32,791 nucleotides of DNA from Bacteriovoracaceae bacterium. Its GTDB lineage: Bacteria; Bdellovibrionota; Bacteriovoracia; Bacteriovoracales; Bacteriovoracaceae. Below are positions 1 through 8,715 of this stretch, piece after piece (the stretch's first letter is position 1; every line of letters begins with the position of its first letter). Both the position numbers and the translations under genes were made by a program. The stretch is taken from positions 1 to 32,791 of the forward strand of contig JABIHA010000082.1 in NCBI GenBank assembly GCA_018649885.1. The letters are read 5' to 3'. Under the pieces are notes generated by a model, which was given only the letters and a program-made list of their open reading frames with translations, did no database searches and had not been told where the DNA came from.

Positions 1-1
1 A

Positions 2-1948
2 GCTAACAATCTCTATGCAGAGCTAGTTGAAAGCTCGGCAGCAGTGGATCTAGTTGATGTGGTCAATGTTGCAGCTGGAGCCGACTTTACCTGTGTTGCA
101 AAAACAGATAATACTGCTCTTTGCTGGGGAGAAAATGGACAAGGACAACTTGGAAATGATGGTGGTCTGGTTGATACATCCTATGCTGATGCAGTTGTAA
201 AAGAAACTGCCACAACACTTACTCTTCCAGATGTACAAAAAGTTTTTGCTGAACAAGATGCATCTACTGCTTGTGCCATATTAACTGATGGAACAGGAAG
301 ATGTTGGGGGGATAATTTTCACGGGAAGATTGGTCACGATATTGGTACTTATTTACCAGATGAGCCTATGGCCCAACCTGTGACAACAGATGAAGTGGCA
401 CACTTACAAAATCTAAAATCTATTTCAATTAGTAATTATAGCTCTCATGGCATCACTGGATCTAGCGGGGAAATTGCAGTATGGGGAGTGGATAGAACAA
501 ATTACGAAAATAAGGGTTGCGGAACTGGACTTTGTGGAAGTGGCGGAATTGCCAATGCCTATGTAGCAGATGCCGATGGCACTACAAAACAAAAAGGTGC
601 TGAGCAAATTGTCAGTGGAGCTTATTTTAGTTGTATTCGATATAAGGCCTCAGGTCACATTGAATGCTTTGGCTATAGTGGCCAGGGAATTCATGGAAAT
701 ATAATTCCGGCTGGGGAATATGATCGGGCCAAATATGATGTCTTACATACTTATTCGCCTGGTTATAATGAGATTACAAATGCAGCAAGTGTTTCAGTAG
801 GCGATAAGGCCATTTGCGTAACGTTAACTACAGGAAAGGTTAAGTGTACTGGAACTGGGGATTACTATGAAACGGGTGGCGGTGGCCATGCAGCTTGGAC
901 AAGGGCCCAGGTGGTGCAAATTGATGGAGGTGGAGATCTCGATAATGTTGCTGAAGTAGATTCTGGTACTAGAGGAAGTTGTGTTCGAAGAAATGATGGA
1001 ACAATTTGGTGTTGGGGTCATTCAAATTATTTACCAACTCAAGGAAATTCTGGCTATGCCAAGCAAGCTTACGAAGACTCAGGTTACACAACCGTTATTA
1101 CGGGAGCGACTTCCCTAGCTTACGGAGCACAGGCAGGTTGTGCAACGATAAATGATGGAAAGCTCAGGTGTTGGGGAAATGATAAACAAGTTATTGGCCA
1201 AGGTGCAGGCGGACCAACATTTCAAAGATATGGGGACGCGGTTGAAACTTCTGCAGCAGTTGATCTTACTGGGGTAGGGATTGGTGTTTCAGTAGGTGCA
1301 AACAACACCTGTGTAGTCATGGCCGATACAACTGCAAAGTGCTACGGAGAGGGAAGCCTTGAGGCCAATGGTGATAATACATCAACCGATACCTACTACG
1401 CTGCAACCTCAGTTCTTGATAGCGGATTAATAGCTGATACAAATATTACAAAAGTCTCTCAACATAATGCTGTCAGCTGCTTTATGTTCAGTGATGGTAC
1501 TGCAGCCTGTACAGGAACTAGAGCTAATGGCGCTGTTGGAGATGGCAACGGCGCAGGCTCTGCACAATTTGTAGATGTTAAAGTTCAAAATGGAGCAGCC
1601 GCAGACTTAACGGGTATCATAGATATCGCAGTAGGTGAGAATGGTGGATGTGCCATTGTAGATTTAGGGGCCGGAGATCAAAGAGTCAAGTGTTGGGGCG
1701 CAGGTAACTATGGGGCCAATGGAGACAATTCGATATTTGGCCAAATGGAAGCGGATTCATATGTTCTTAACGATGATCTCACCACCTTGACTGATGCTGC
1801 TCAGATTGATGCCTACGGGTATACATTTTGTGTAACCACGACTGCCAGTAAGGTTAAATGCTGGGGGAAAAACGCATACGGGCAAATGGGAGAAGGTGGC
1901 ACTACATTTAGCTTGCACAATACAGCAGTCATCATGAAAGAGAATTAA
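2..1948 (+). CDS. RCC1/BLIP-II-type beta-propeller repeat protein, 5'-truncated by the window edge
   Basis: The frame is open from position 2 (ANNLYAELVESSAAVDLV...). Many repeats of the type (V/I)xxGxxxxCxxxxxGxxxCWGxNxxGQ(L/M)G, e.g. VAAGADFTCVAKTDNTALCWGENGQGQLG and VKCWGKNAYGQMG. Confidence 0.85.
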   Translation, partial: ANNLYAELVESSAAVDLVDVVNVAAGADFTCVAKTDNTALCWGENGQGQLGNDGGLVDTSYADAVVKETATTLTLPDVQKVFAEQDASTACAILTDGTGRCWGDNFHGKIGHDIGTYLPDEPMAQPVTTDEVAHLQNLKSISISNYSSHGITGSSGEIAVWGVDRTNYENKGCGTGLCGSGGIANAYVADADGTTKQKGAEQIVSGAYFSCIRYKASGHIECFGYSGQGIHGNIIPAGEYDRAKYDVLHTYSPGYNEITNAASVSVGDKAICVTLTTGKVKCTGTGDYYETGGGGHAAWTRAQVVQIDGGGDLDNVAEVDSGTRGSCVRRNDGTIWCWGHSNYLPTQGNSGYAKQAYEDSGYTTVITGATSLAYGAQAGCATINDGKLRCWGNDKQVIGQGAGGPTFQRYGDAVETSAAVDLTGVGIGVSVGANNTCVVMADTTAKCYGEGSLEANGDNTSTDTYYAATSVLDSGLIADTNITKVSQHNAVSCFMFSDGTAACTGTRANGAVGDGNGAGSAQFVDVKVQNGAAADLTGIIDIAVGENGGCAIVDLGAGDQRVKCWGAGNYGANGDNSIFGQMEADSYVLNDDLTTLTDAAQIDAYGYTFCVTTTASKVKCWGKNAYGQMGEGGTTFSLHNTAVIMKEN

Positions 1949-2120
1949 TAAGACCTAAGATTTCCGAGTAAAATAATCCAGTAATAATGTGATGCCTCAT
2001 CATCTAATTAAATATTACATCTCTCAATTCTAAGTGCAATTGCACAGGCTCACTGCTACGATTTTTGAAAAGAAATTTCCGAGTATTTTGATAACGGATT
2101 ATCACTAAAATCAAGGAGGA

Positions 2121-3377
2121 ATGATGAATTTGATATCTAATTTGGTAGGGGTATTACTGACCCTTGGAGCCTCTTCAGCATTTGCTGACAGCTGGATTCT
2201 TGAAAACCCAAACCCAGAACTTTTAAAAGAAGTGGAAAGCATCCACGGCAAGGCAACAGAAAAAATTGTGTTAGGCGACAATGTTTTCTATACCATTTCT
2301 GGAAATAATCTTCCCGAGGCTCAATTTGCTTCTGCCGAAGTTGGTGAGTATCTACAAAGGATAACTGATGCCAGTAGTGCTCAACCCAACTACAATATTG
2401 GATTGGTAAAATCTGTTGATGCAACCAGTGGAAAAAAAGTAAGAGCTCCAGAGGGTTGGCATGTTAATAACCAAAATTATAAAAAACTCCATACTGTGGC
2501 CACGGGGAAAGATATTATAGTCGCAGTTTTAGACACAGGTGTTGACTACAAACATAACTCATTAAAAAACCATATCTGGAGTAATAAGAATGAGGTTCCA
2601 GGCAATGGTATTGATGATGATAAAAATGGTTATATTGACGATGTTGTAGGCTGGGACTTCATGGACAATGATAATGACCCCTCTGACGTCCAAGGACACG
2701 GTACACATTGTGCTGGGATTATCGGTGCAGATGCTATGAAAGGTGGGCTTTCTATGGGAATTGCTCCTGCTGCTAAGATTATGCCTATTAGGCTTCTTGC
2801 CAACAAGACTTTGCTCGCTGACGCGGCCCTCGCCATTAAGTATGCAGTTGATAATGGCGCAAAGGTATTAAGCAACTCATGGAGAATTTATTCTCAGTGG
2901 ACTCAATACGATCCCTCTCCAAAAAATCTTGCCATTTTTAAGGCCGCTATCGAGTACGCTCAGTCAAAAGATGTCATCTTTGTAGCTGCCACAGGAAATG
3001 AGAGAAAGGATATTAATAAACTATCCAACAAAATTTGGCCTGTAGGCTACCCAGGACTTACCCACCTTTTTGGCGTGGCTTCATCTGATCCTGATGGTAA
3101 GGCCTCTTCATTTACAAACTATGGTGATAAGTTCACTCATGTTGCTGCTCCTGGTAGAGATATCTACTCTACGATACCAGGAAATAGATGGGGCTTTAAA
3201 AGCGGAACATCAATGGCGACTCCACTAGTTGCTGGTGCTATTGCCTTGGCCTTAAGTACTGGAATGAGTGCTCATGCAGTCCTGGAAGATCTAGTCAAAA
3301 CCGCTGTCCCAAATAGACAGTGGGATCACTATGCAAAATCAGGTGGCGTGATCAACATCTACCAACTCTTAAAGTAA
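2121..3377 (+). CDS. Secreted S8 (subtilisin-like) serine peptidase
   Basis: Signal peptide ending SSAFA. Catalytic triad motifs VAVLDTG, HGTHCAG and SGTSMATP, plus the NGIDDDKNGYIDD insert. RBS AAGGAGGA at 2113-2120, so the start may be 2124 or 2130. Confidence 0.95.
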   Translation: MMNLISNLVGVLLTLGASSAFADSWILENPNPELLKEVESIHGKATEKIVLGDNVFYTISGNNLPEAQFASAEVGEYLQRITDASSAQPNYNIGLVKSVDATSGKKVRAPEGWHVNNQNYKKLHTVATGKDIIVAVLDTGVDYKHNSLKNHIWSNKNEVPGNGIDDDKNGYIDDVVGWDFMDNDNDPSDVQGHGTHCAGIIGADAMKGGLSMGIAPAAKIMPIRLLANKTLLADAALAIKYAVDNGAKVLSNSWRIYSQWTQYDPSPKNLAIFKAAIEYAQSKDVIFVAATGNERKDINKLSNKIWPVGYPGLTHLFGVASSDPDGKASSFTNYGDKFTHVAAPGRDIYSTIPGNRWGFKSGTSMATPLVAGAIALALSTGMSAHAVLEDLVKTAVPNRQWDHYAKSGGVINIYQLLK

Positions 3378-3388
3378 AAAAATTCCTT

Positions 3389-3419
3389 GAGCGCAGACCC
3401 TAGGGTCTGCGCTCTTTTT
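3389..3419 (+). terminator. Intrinsic terminator between the convergent S8 peptidase and nnrS
   Basis: Perfect 26-bp palindrome GAGCGCAGACCCTAGGGTCTGCGCTC (3389-3414) followed by TTTTT, just after the peptidase stop. Confidence 0.85.
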
Positions 3420-3429
3420 ACCCTACATT

Positions 3430-4587
3430 TTATTTTCCGTCTGGTCGTGGGCCAGTGAGTACTCCCCAAAATCTAATGATAAAAATCAAAAACCCTAGGG
3501 CCCAAATAGAGCTTGAGAAGTATAAACTTTCGATATAAGAATCGGGAAAAAATAGTGGTGTTACCACCCTCAATAGGGCTCCGAAAATAACACAAAAATA
3601 AGCTAGTACTACTGTCTTATCAGCCTCAATCACCCTGCCAGTATGTCCCAAAGAAACCCGACTCATAATACCCATTGCAACAGTTCCTAGACCCCCGGTC
3701 ATTAGCATATGCAAATTTGCTTTGGCAAAATACATATTTTCATTAAATAGTCCTACAAACTCTTGAATTAAACTCAAATTAATCAGTGCTATACCAATAT
3801 GCAAGATGAAGAGAATGGGAACTTTGATCGTTTTATGAGGTTTCCACATTAGCTGTCTAGTTATGTTACCAAGAATTGCTACAAGGTATACGAGGGCCAA
3901 AAAAGTCCTTGGTGTAGATTCTGGCCAGGGTACCACAAGAAGGGCAATGGGTATTAAGCTAACTGGGTTTATCCAGGCTGGTAGTGTGATTTCTACCCCT
4001 TCTATTTTTTTGCGAGTAAAAAATGGTGTTACTCGTCCTGCAATTAATAAAACAATCAAACGAATGATACTGGTTGCAGTATGTCTTCCTGAAACTTCAA
4101 TTAGGTCATGAGAAAATAGATTTCCCCAACTATGTGAGAATTTAGCTATGGTTAGAATCATCAAAATGGGGATAAATACATACTTTTGCTTTGGGAAATT
4201 CAAAAGTTTAATTAGTAGCATAATAGTCAAAGTGGGAAAGAAAAGATTCATCGTAAAAAATAACATACTTTCATTTAGAGGAAGAAAATAGGAAATCCTC
4301 TCCAGTAGCCAAAGCGATATTAAAAATAAAAGTGGGCCCCCGCTATATGGGGAAGAGCTTGTCCAGTTTGCACTTGCAGTTAAGATGAAGCCTGCTATAA
4401 GTGCGCCTGAAAATCCAAAAATCATTTCATGCCCATGCCAAAACATGGGGGAGACATTGGTCAAAGGGAGTGAGAGGTGCCCTTGATAATTGAGAATCCA
4501 GGCGACTGGATTTACCACTGCTATTAAAGCAGCAAGTATAAAAAATGGTCTAAAACTAATCGATAGAATTGGAAGAGTTTTTTTCAT
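3430..4587 (-). CDS. nnrS: NnrS family membrane protein (NO stress)
   Basis: Motifs FRPFF, WHGHEMIFGF, GFILTA..NWT, GRVTPFFT, MSRVSLGHTGR and C-terminal PRPDGK. Multiple TM segments. Downstream of qNor. Confidence 0.93.
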   Translation of the reverse strand: MKKTLPILSISFRPFFILAALIAVVNPVAWILNYQGHLSLPLTNVSPMFWHGHEMIFGFSGALIAGFILTASANWTSSSPYSGGPLLFLISLWLLERISYFLPLNESMLFFTMNLFFPTLTIMLLIKLLNFPKQKYVFIPILMILTIAKFSHSWGNLFSHDLIEVSGRHTATSIIRLIVLLIAGRVTPFFTRKKIEGVEITLPAWINPVSLIPIALLVVPWPESTPRTFLALVYLVAILGNITRQLMWKPHKTIKVPILFILHIGIALINLSLIQEFVGLFNENMYFAKANLHMLMTGGLGTVAMGIMSRVSLGHTGRVIEADKTVVLAYFCVIFGALLRVVTPLFFPDSYIESLYFSSSIWALGFLIFIIRFWGVLTGPRPDGK

Positions 4588-4617
4588 ATATTCTCTTTTT
4601 CAAAACATCATGAAGTA

Positions 4618-4767
4618 CTAGCTGCAGCTACCACAGCATCCATCATTGGATTCCTCTGAGTTTTCCTTACTATCTTTTACATCATTTTCAGTAGTCTGTG
4701 CTTCTTTTTCTTTAGTTTCTTTAGTTTCTTTAGTTTCTTTAGTTTCTTTAGTTTCATCTTCGTTCAT
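4618..4767 (-). CDS. 49-aa acidic microprotein with C-terminal CCGSCS motif (absent from the ORF track)
   Basis: Manual translation from ATG 4767 to TAG 4618: MNEDETKETKETKETKETKEKEAQTTENDVKDSKENSEESNDGCCGSCS*. A purine-rich AAAGAG precedes the ATG. It fills the gap between qNor and nnrS on the same strand. Confidence 0.8.
   Translation of the reverse strand: MNEDETKETKETKETKETKEKEAQTTENDVKDSKENSEESNDGCCGSCS
4711..4755. repeat. 9-bp tandem repeat (TTTAGTTTC)x5 encoding (ETK)x5
   Basis: Five exact copies read directly. Frame-preserving within the microprotein. Confidence 0.95.
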
Positions 4768-4799
4768 AGTTTTTCTCTTTGTAGTGAGTTTTATTATTT

Positions 4800-7073
4800 C
4801 TAACTTCCTAAAATCAAATCATCTTTGGCTATTTTATTTGGAGTTTTAATTTTAACTAAACTAGTTTTATCTAAGACTGCAATTGCAAAGCACATGGCCC
4901 CTGATGCAAAAACTACATCTCCAATGATTCTAAGCCACCTTAAGTTTTGTATCAAAGGGGACTGCATAACCTCACTCCCTCTTGCATACCAAAGACCTGT
5001 TTCAAGGGAAGCAGAAAATTGAATGAGTCCAATTGGAAGTAGACTTAATATAATCATTAACCCAAGACCTAGGTTGAGTCCCCAAAAAGCAAAACCCATA
5101 AATTTCTCATTCCACTGACGCTCGTTAAAAGCAGTTTGCACAATGAATAAAACCAACCCTAGAGATAAAGAGCCATAGACGCCAAAAGTAGCACCGTGTG
5201 CGTGAACAGCAGTGGTATTAAGGCCTTGTAAGAAATAAAGTGCAATTGGTGGATTGATTAAAAAACCAAATAATCCCGCTCCCACAAGATTCCAAAATGC
5301 AACTCCCACAAAAAATGTAATTGGCCATTTGTAGTTACCTGCCCAACTTGTGAGTTTTTGAATTCGGTAAGTATGGAATGCCTCAAACCCAATGAGCACT
5401 AAAGGGACAACTTCTAGAGCAGAAAAACAAGCGCCGATGGCACTTATTGAGGTTGGGGTACCACTAAAGTAAAGGTGATGAAAAGTCCCCGGGATTCCCC
5501 CTAAGAGAAATATAGAAGTTGAAAGTAGTGAGGCCTTTGTTGCCGATTTTGGTTTTATCAAACCTAGAGTCACAAAAATAAAAGCAAGTGAAACAGTGGC
5601 AAATACTTCAAAGAATCCCTCAACCCATAGGTGAACAACCCACCATCTCCAAAACTCCATTATACTAATATGAGTTCTCGCACCATAGAAAAGTCCACCG
5701 CCGTAAAATAAACCTATTGCGATGGTTGAGGCTGTAAAAAGTAGAAGAAGTTGTTTTGTATCCTTGGCTATTTTTAAGGCCGGCGCAATACATCTGAGCA
5801 TAAGTAGCAGCCAAACGCCGAGACCTACTAACAGGAGAATTTGCCAGACACGACCTAGATCGACGTACTCATAGCCTTGATGGCCAAACCAAAAGCTTAA
5901 ATCAATATCTAAAAGCTGATGAATCGCTAAAAATTCTCCAGTAAGGGATCCGAAAACAACAACTAATAGTGCTCCAAATAGAAAGTTCACTCCAAATACC
6001 TGGTACTTTGGATCTTTCCCCCCATTTATGACGGGAGCAAGAAAAAGGCCCGCAGCTAAAAAGGAAGTTGCTATCCAAAAAAGGGCAATTTGAATATGCC
6101 ATGTTCTGGCCAGAGTATAGGGAAGAAATCTTGACAGTGGAAAACCATAAAAATCTTGTCCTTCAACTGCGTAATGGGCGAGTATTCCCCCAAGACCAAT
6201 TTGTAAAATAAAGAGCAAAATGACTGTCGCCCAGTACTTCCAAAGTGTTTTCATCGACGGTGTTAATTTAAAGTTTTTTAGTGGATCAGATTTTGGAGGC
6301 GTTGTGCCCGTATCTTCATCTTTGCCATTAAAAGCATAAAACCAAACAAGAATGCCTATACTGGCCAGAAGTAAAATTACTGAAATAATAGACCAGTAAA
6401 TATTCTCACTTGTGGGTGTATTTCCTACCAGTGGTTCATGGGGCCAGTTATTGGTATAAGTATATTTTTGCCCTGGGCGATTTGCAGAAGCCGCCCAAGT
6501 AGACCAATGAAAGAATGCCATCATTTTTTCGCGCTTTTCTACGGATGGAAGAACTTCTTCGTGAATAGCATAGGCCTTTCTTGTTTCACGAAGCTCACTA
6601 GTGTTACTAAATAAACTGAGATAATACTTCTTGGTTTTGTTAAAGGCCTTAGTTCGAATATCAGAAATGACAACCTTGTTATCCACAACGGCCGAGTTTC
6701 GATAATCTTCCTCTATGGCACTTTTTATCTGTAATTTTTGAAATTGATCGAGATCACCATAACTTTTTTGGAAATTGGCAAGGCCATAAAATTCACCATA
6801 ATTGACAAGTTCTCGGTGTAACCAATCCGCTGTCCAATCTGGTGCTTGGTAGGCACCATGCCCCCAAATAGATCCAATTTGTTGTCCACCAATTGACTGC
6901 CAGACTACCTGCCCATCCAGAATATCTTCTTTGGTATAAAGTGTTGTGCCAGATTGTGAGCTAATAGTTTCATAAATTGGAGGGGCCTGCTTATAGACCT
7001 CTTTTCCAAAAAAACCCAAAATTGTGAATGTCCCCGTTAAAACACAGACAAGTAGCCACCAATACTTACGCAT
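4800..7073 (-). CDS. norB: Quinol-dependent nitric oxide reductase (qNor, single-subunit NorB/NorZ)
   Basis: GSIWGHGAYQAPDWTADWLHRE, YTNNWP, WWVVHLWVEGFFEVF, GTFHHLYF, ALEVVPL and HAHGA heme/FeB ligand motifs. Start preferred at ATG 7073 (MRKYW, preceded by GGGG); the ORF track start is 7106. Confidence 0.96.
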   Translation of the reverse strand: MRKYWWLLVCVLTGTFTILGFFGKEVYKQAPPIYETISSQSGTTLYTKEDILDGQVVWQSIGGQQIGSIWGHGAYQAPDWTADWLHRELVNYGEFYGLANFQKSYGDLDQFQKLQIKSAIEEDYRNSAVVDNKVVISDIRTKAFNKTKKYYLSLFSNTSELRETRKAYAIHEEVLPSVEKREKMMAFFHWSTWAASANRPGQKYTYTNNWPHEPLVGNTPTSENIYWSIISVILLLASIGILVWFYAFNGKDEDTGTTPPKSDPLKNFKLTPSMKTLWKYWATVILLFILQIGLGGILAHYAVEGQDFYGFPLSRFLPYTLARTWHIQIALFWIATSFLAAGLFLAPVINGGKDPKYQVFGVNFLFGALLVVVFGSLTGEFLAIHQLLDIDLSFWFGHQGYEYVDLGRVWQILLLVGLGVWLLLMLRCIAPALKIAKDTKQLLLLFTASTIAIGLFYGGGLFYGARTHISIMEFWRWWVVHLWVEGFFEVFATVSLAFIFVTLGLIKPKSATKASLLSTSIFLLGGIPGTFHHLYFSGTPTSISAIGACFSALEVVPLVLIGFEAFHTYRIQKLTSWAGNYKWPITFFVGVAFWNLVGAGLFGFLINPPIALYFLQGLNTTAVHAHGATFGVYGSLSLGLVLFIVQTAFNERQWNEKFMGFAFWGLNLGLGLMIILSLLPIGLIQFSASLETGLWYARGSEVMQSPLIQNLRWLRIIGDVVFASGAMCFAIAVLDKTSLVKIKTPNKIAKDDLILGS

Positions 7074-7105
7074 TATTACCCCATAGTTGATATTTTTTAT
7101 ATTCA

Positions 7106-7126
7106 TTGATATATATTAAATATATC
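7106..7126. promoter_or_regulatory. Putative NsrR operator (7-5-7 inverted repeat), overlapping an FNR/DNR-like box
   Basis: GATATAT-ATTAA-ATATATC (7108-7126) resembles the NsrR consensus GATGYAT-N5-ATRCATC. TTGAT-ATAT-ATTAA (7106-7119) is one mismatch from TTGAT-N4-ATCAA. It lies between the divergent norB and nsrR. The AT-rich context weakens the match. Confidence 0.6.
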
Positions 7127-7160
7127 TTTGTAAAGCATAAATATCAATGTAAAAATAGCT

Positions 7161-7559
7161 ATGCGACTAAAAACAAAAACAGACTATTGCATTAGAGTTC
7201 TTATTTATTTGCAGAGCAATATTGGCAGAGCAAAAATTCAAGACATCGCCGATAGCTACGGTATTTCAAAAAACCACCTAAGCGTTGCCGTGAACAAGCT
7301 CTCTGAGCTTGATTATATTATTTCGACTCAAGGTCCCAAAGGGGGGATCGAGTTTAATAAAGATGCAGAAAATAGAACCATTGGGGAGCTCATTTCCCAA
7401 TTAGAGGTTTTTGAAGTTGCTGAGTGTTTTGATAATGAAAGTAATACTTGTACCCTCAATCCCCATTGCAAATTAAAAGGAATGCTCAAAAAGGCAACAG
7501 CGTCTTTTATCAACGAGCTCAAAAACCATAAAATTAAAGATTTAATTGCGAAGTCCTAA
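7161..7559 (+). CDS. nsrR: Rrf2-family NO-sensing repressor NsrR
   Basis: MRLxxxTDY N-terminus (Asp8), HTH ISKNHL, GPKGG wing and three Fe-S Cys (ECFDNESNTCTLNPHCKLK). Divergent from qNor. Confidence 0.9.
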   Translation: MRLKTKTDYCIRVLIYLQSNIGRAKIQDIADSYGISKNHLSVAVNKLSELDYIISTQGPKGGIEFNKDAENRTIGELISQLEVFEVAECFDNESNTCTLNPHCKLKGMLKKATASFINELKNHKIKDLIAKS

Positions 7560-7591
7560 TATCATTTTAAATTTGTGACCAGGAGTCCAAC

Positions 7592-8008
7592 TTGCCGAGT
7601 GTAATAATTTTATTGATGTCTATTGTATTTACTAATCCTTTACTAGGATCTGAAACTGAGCCGCCAACACTAAGAGAAGTTATGCGAGGCCTTGAAAAAT
7701 CACTCAAGAAACTTGATCACGGAATTTTCTTCGAAGATTTTAAATTGATTAAAAAGTCTGCTATGGAGATAGCCATTCATCCAAAGCCTCTAGGAGAGCT
7801 TCCAAAAATCTTGAAAAAATTGGGAAAAAGGGCTCCAAGCTTTAAGGGCTTTGATCTAAAAGTGCATAATGCTGCTAAAGAGATGGCCGAGCTTGCATCG
7901 AAAAAAGATATGTTTGGTATACTCAACAAGCACTCCATCATGTTGAAAAACTGTGTAGGCTGTCATTTGCAATACAGAATTGAAATTGCCTCGCTTTTAA
8001 ATAATTAA
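7592..8008 (+). CDS. Periplasmic class II (c'-like, helical bundle) cytochrome c
   Basis: TTG start after AGGAG. Signal peptide, amphipathic helices and a single CxxCH (CVGCH) near the C-terminus. Confidence 0.8.
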   Translation: MPSVIILLMSIVFTNPLLGSETEPPTLREVMRGLEKSLKKLDHGIFFEDFKLIKKSAMEIAIHPKPLGELPKILKKLGKRAPSFKGFDLKVHNAAKEMAELASKKDMFGILNKHSIMLKNCVGCHLQYRIEIASLLNN

Positions 8009-8106
8009 TCTCTTGAATTTCGATTTCAATATGGTTCCGGGGAAATATGAAAGAATTGTACTACCCCTTTAAGGAATAATATCGGACTCAATTTGGATCT
8101 TTATAT

Positions 8107-8715
8107 ATGGTAAGAAAAAAGATAGTGCTTTTACTTTTGAATCTATTGGTAGCTACATCTATATGCAAAGCAGAGAGTAGAGATAAGTGGCAAAAACCTG
8201 AATTGCTTTTTAAATCTTTAGAATTTAATTCTAAAGAAGATGTTTTTTGCGAAATTGGATCAGGGGATGGTTACTTTAGCATCAAAGCTCTGGCCCATGC
8301 TAAAAAGGTAATTGCCTCAGATGTTGACCTAAAAGTTCTTGAAAAATTAAAAGAAAAGATTAAAACAAAGAACTTTCGTAATATTGAAGTCGTAAAGTCT
8401 ACTTACACTGATCCATTATTCAACTCTACAAAATGTGACATTATATTTATGGGGATGGTCTATCATCACATAGAGAATCGCGTAAGCTATTTAAAAAACC
8501 TTAAAAAGTACTTAAAGAAAAATGGTCGAATAGTAAATCTGGATAACGTTATTGATGTAAAAAAATATGAAGGAACTGGAAAAAGGATACCAGCAAAAGA
8601 GTGTAGATTTTCCAAAGAAAAGTTTCTTGAAGAAGCTACTCAAGCAGGGTACCGAGTCTACAAAAAACATGATCTGTTGCGAATGCAGTATTTTGTTGAG
8701 TTAAAGTCTATATGA
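8107..8715 (+). CDS. Class I SAM-dependent methyltransferase with N-terminal signal-like peptide
   Basis: Motif I CEIGSGDGYFS, VIASDVD, CDIIFM..VYHH, LKKNGRIV. RDKWQKP motif follows a hydrophobic leader. Confidence 0.85.
   Translation: MVRKKIVLLLLNLLVATSICKAESRDKWQKPELLFKSLEFNSKEDVFCEIGSGDGYFSIKALAHAKKVIASDVDLKVLEKLKEKIKTKNFRNIEVVKSTYTDPLFNSTKCDIIFMGMVYHHIENRVSYLKNLKKYLKKNGRIVNLDNVIDVKKYEGTGKRIPAKECRFSKEKFLEEATQAGYRVYKKHDLLRMQYFVELKSI

Noticed and set aside
4646..4849. Plus-strand 67-aa hydrophobic ORF (SLVSLV repeats)
   Set aside because: It is the antisense shadow of the CCGSCS microprotein and its VNTR, and runs against the operon direction.
4800..7073. NO dismutase (Nod) instead of qNor
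   Set aside because: The canonical HLWVEGFFE and ALEVVPL glutamates are retained, as are the apparent quinol-site residues (RTWHIQ, RIIGD).
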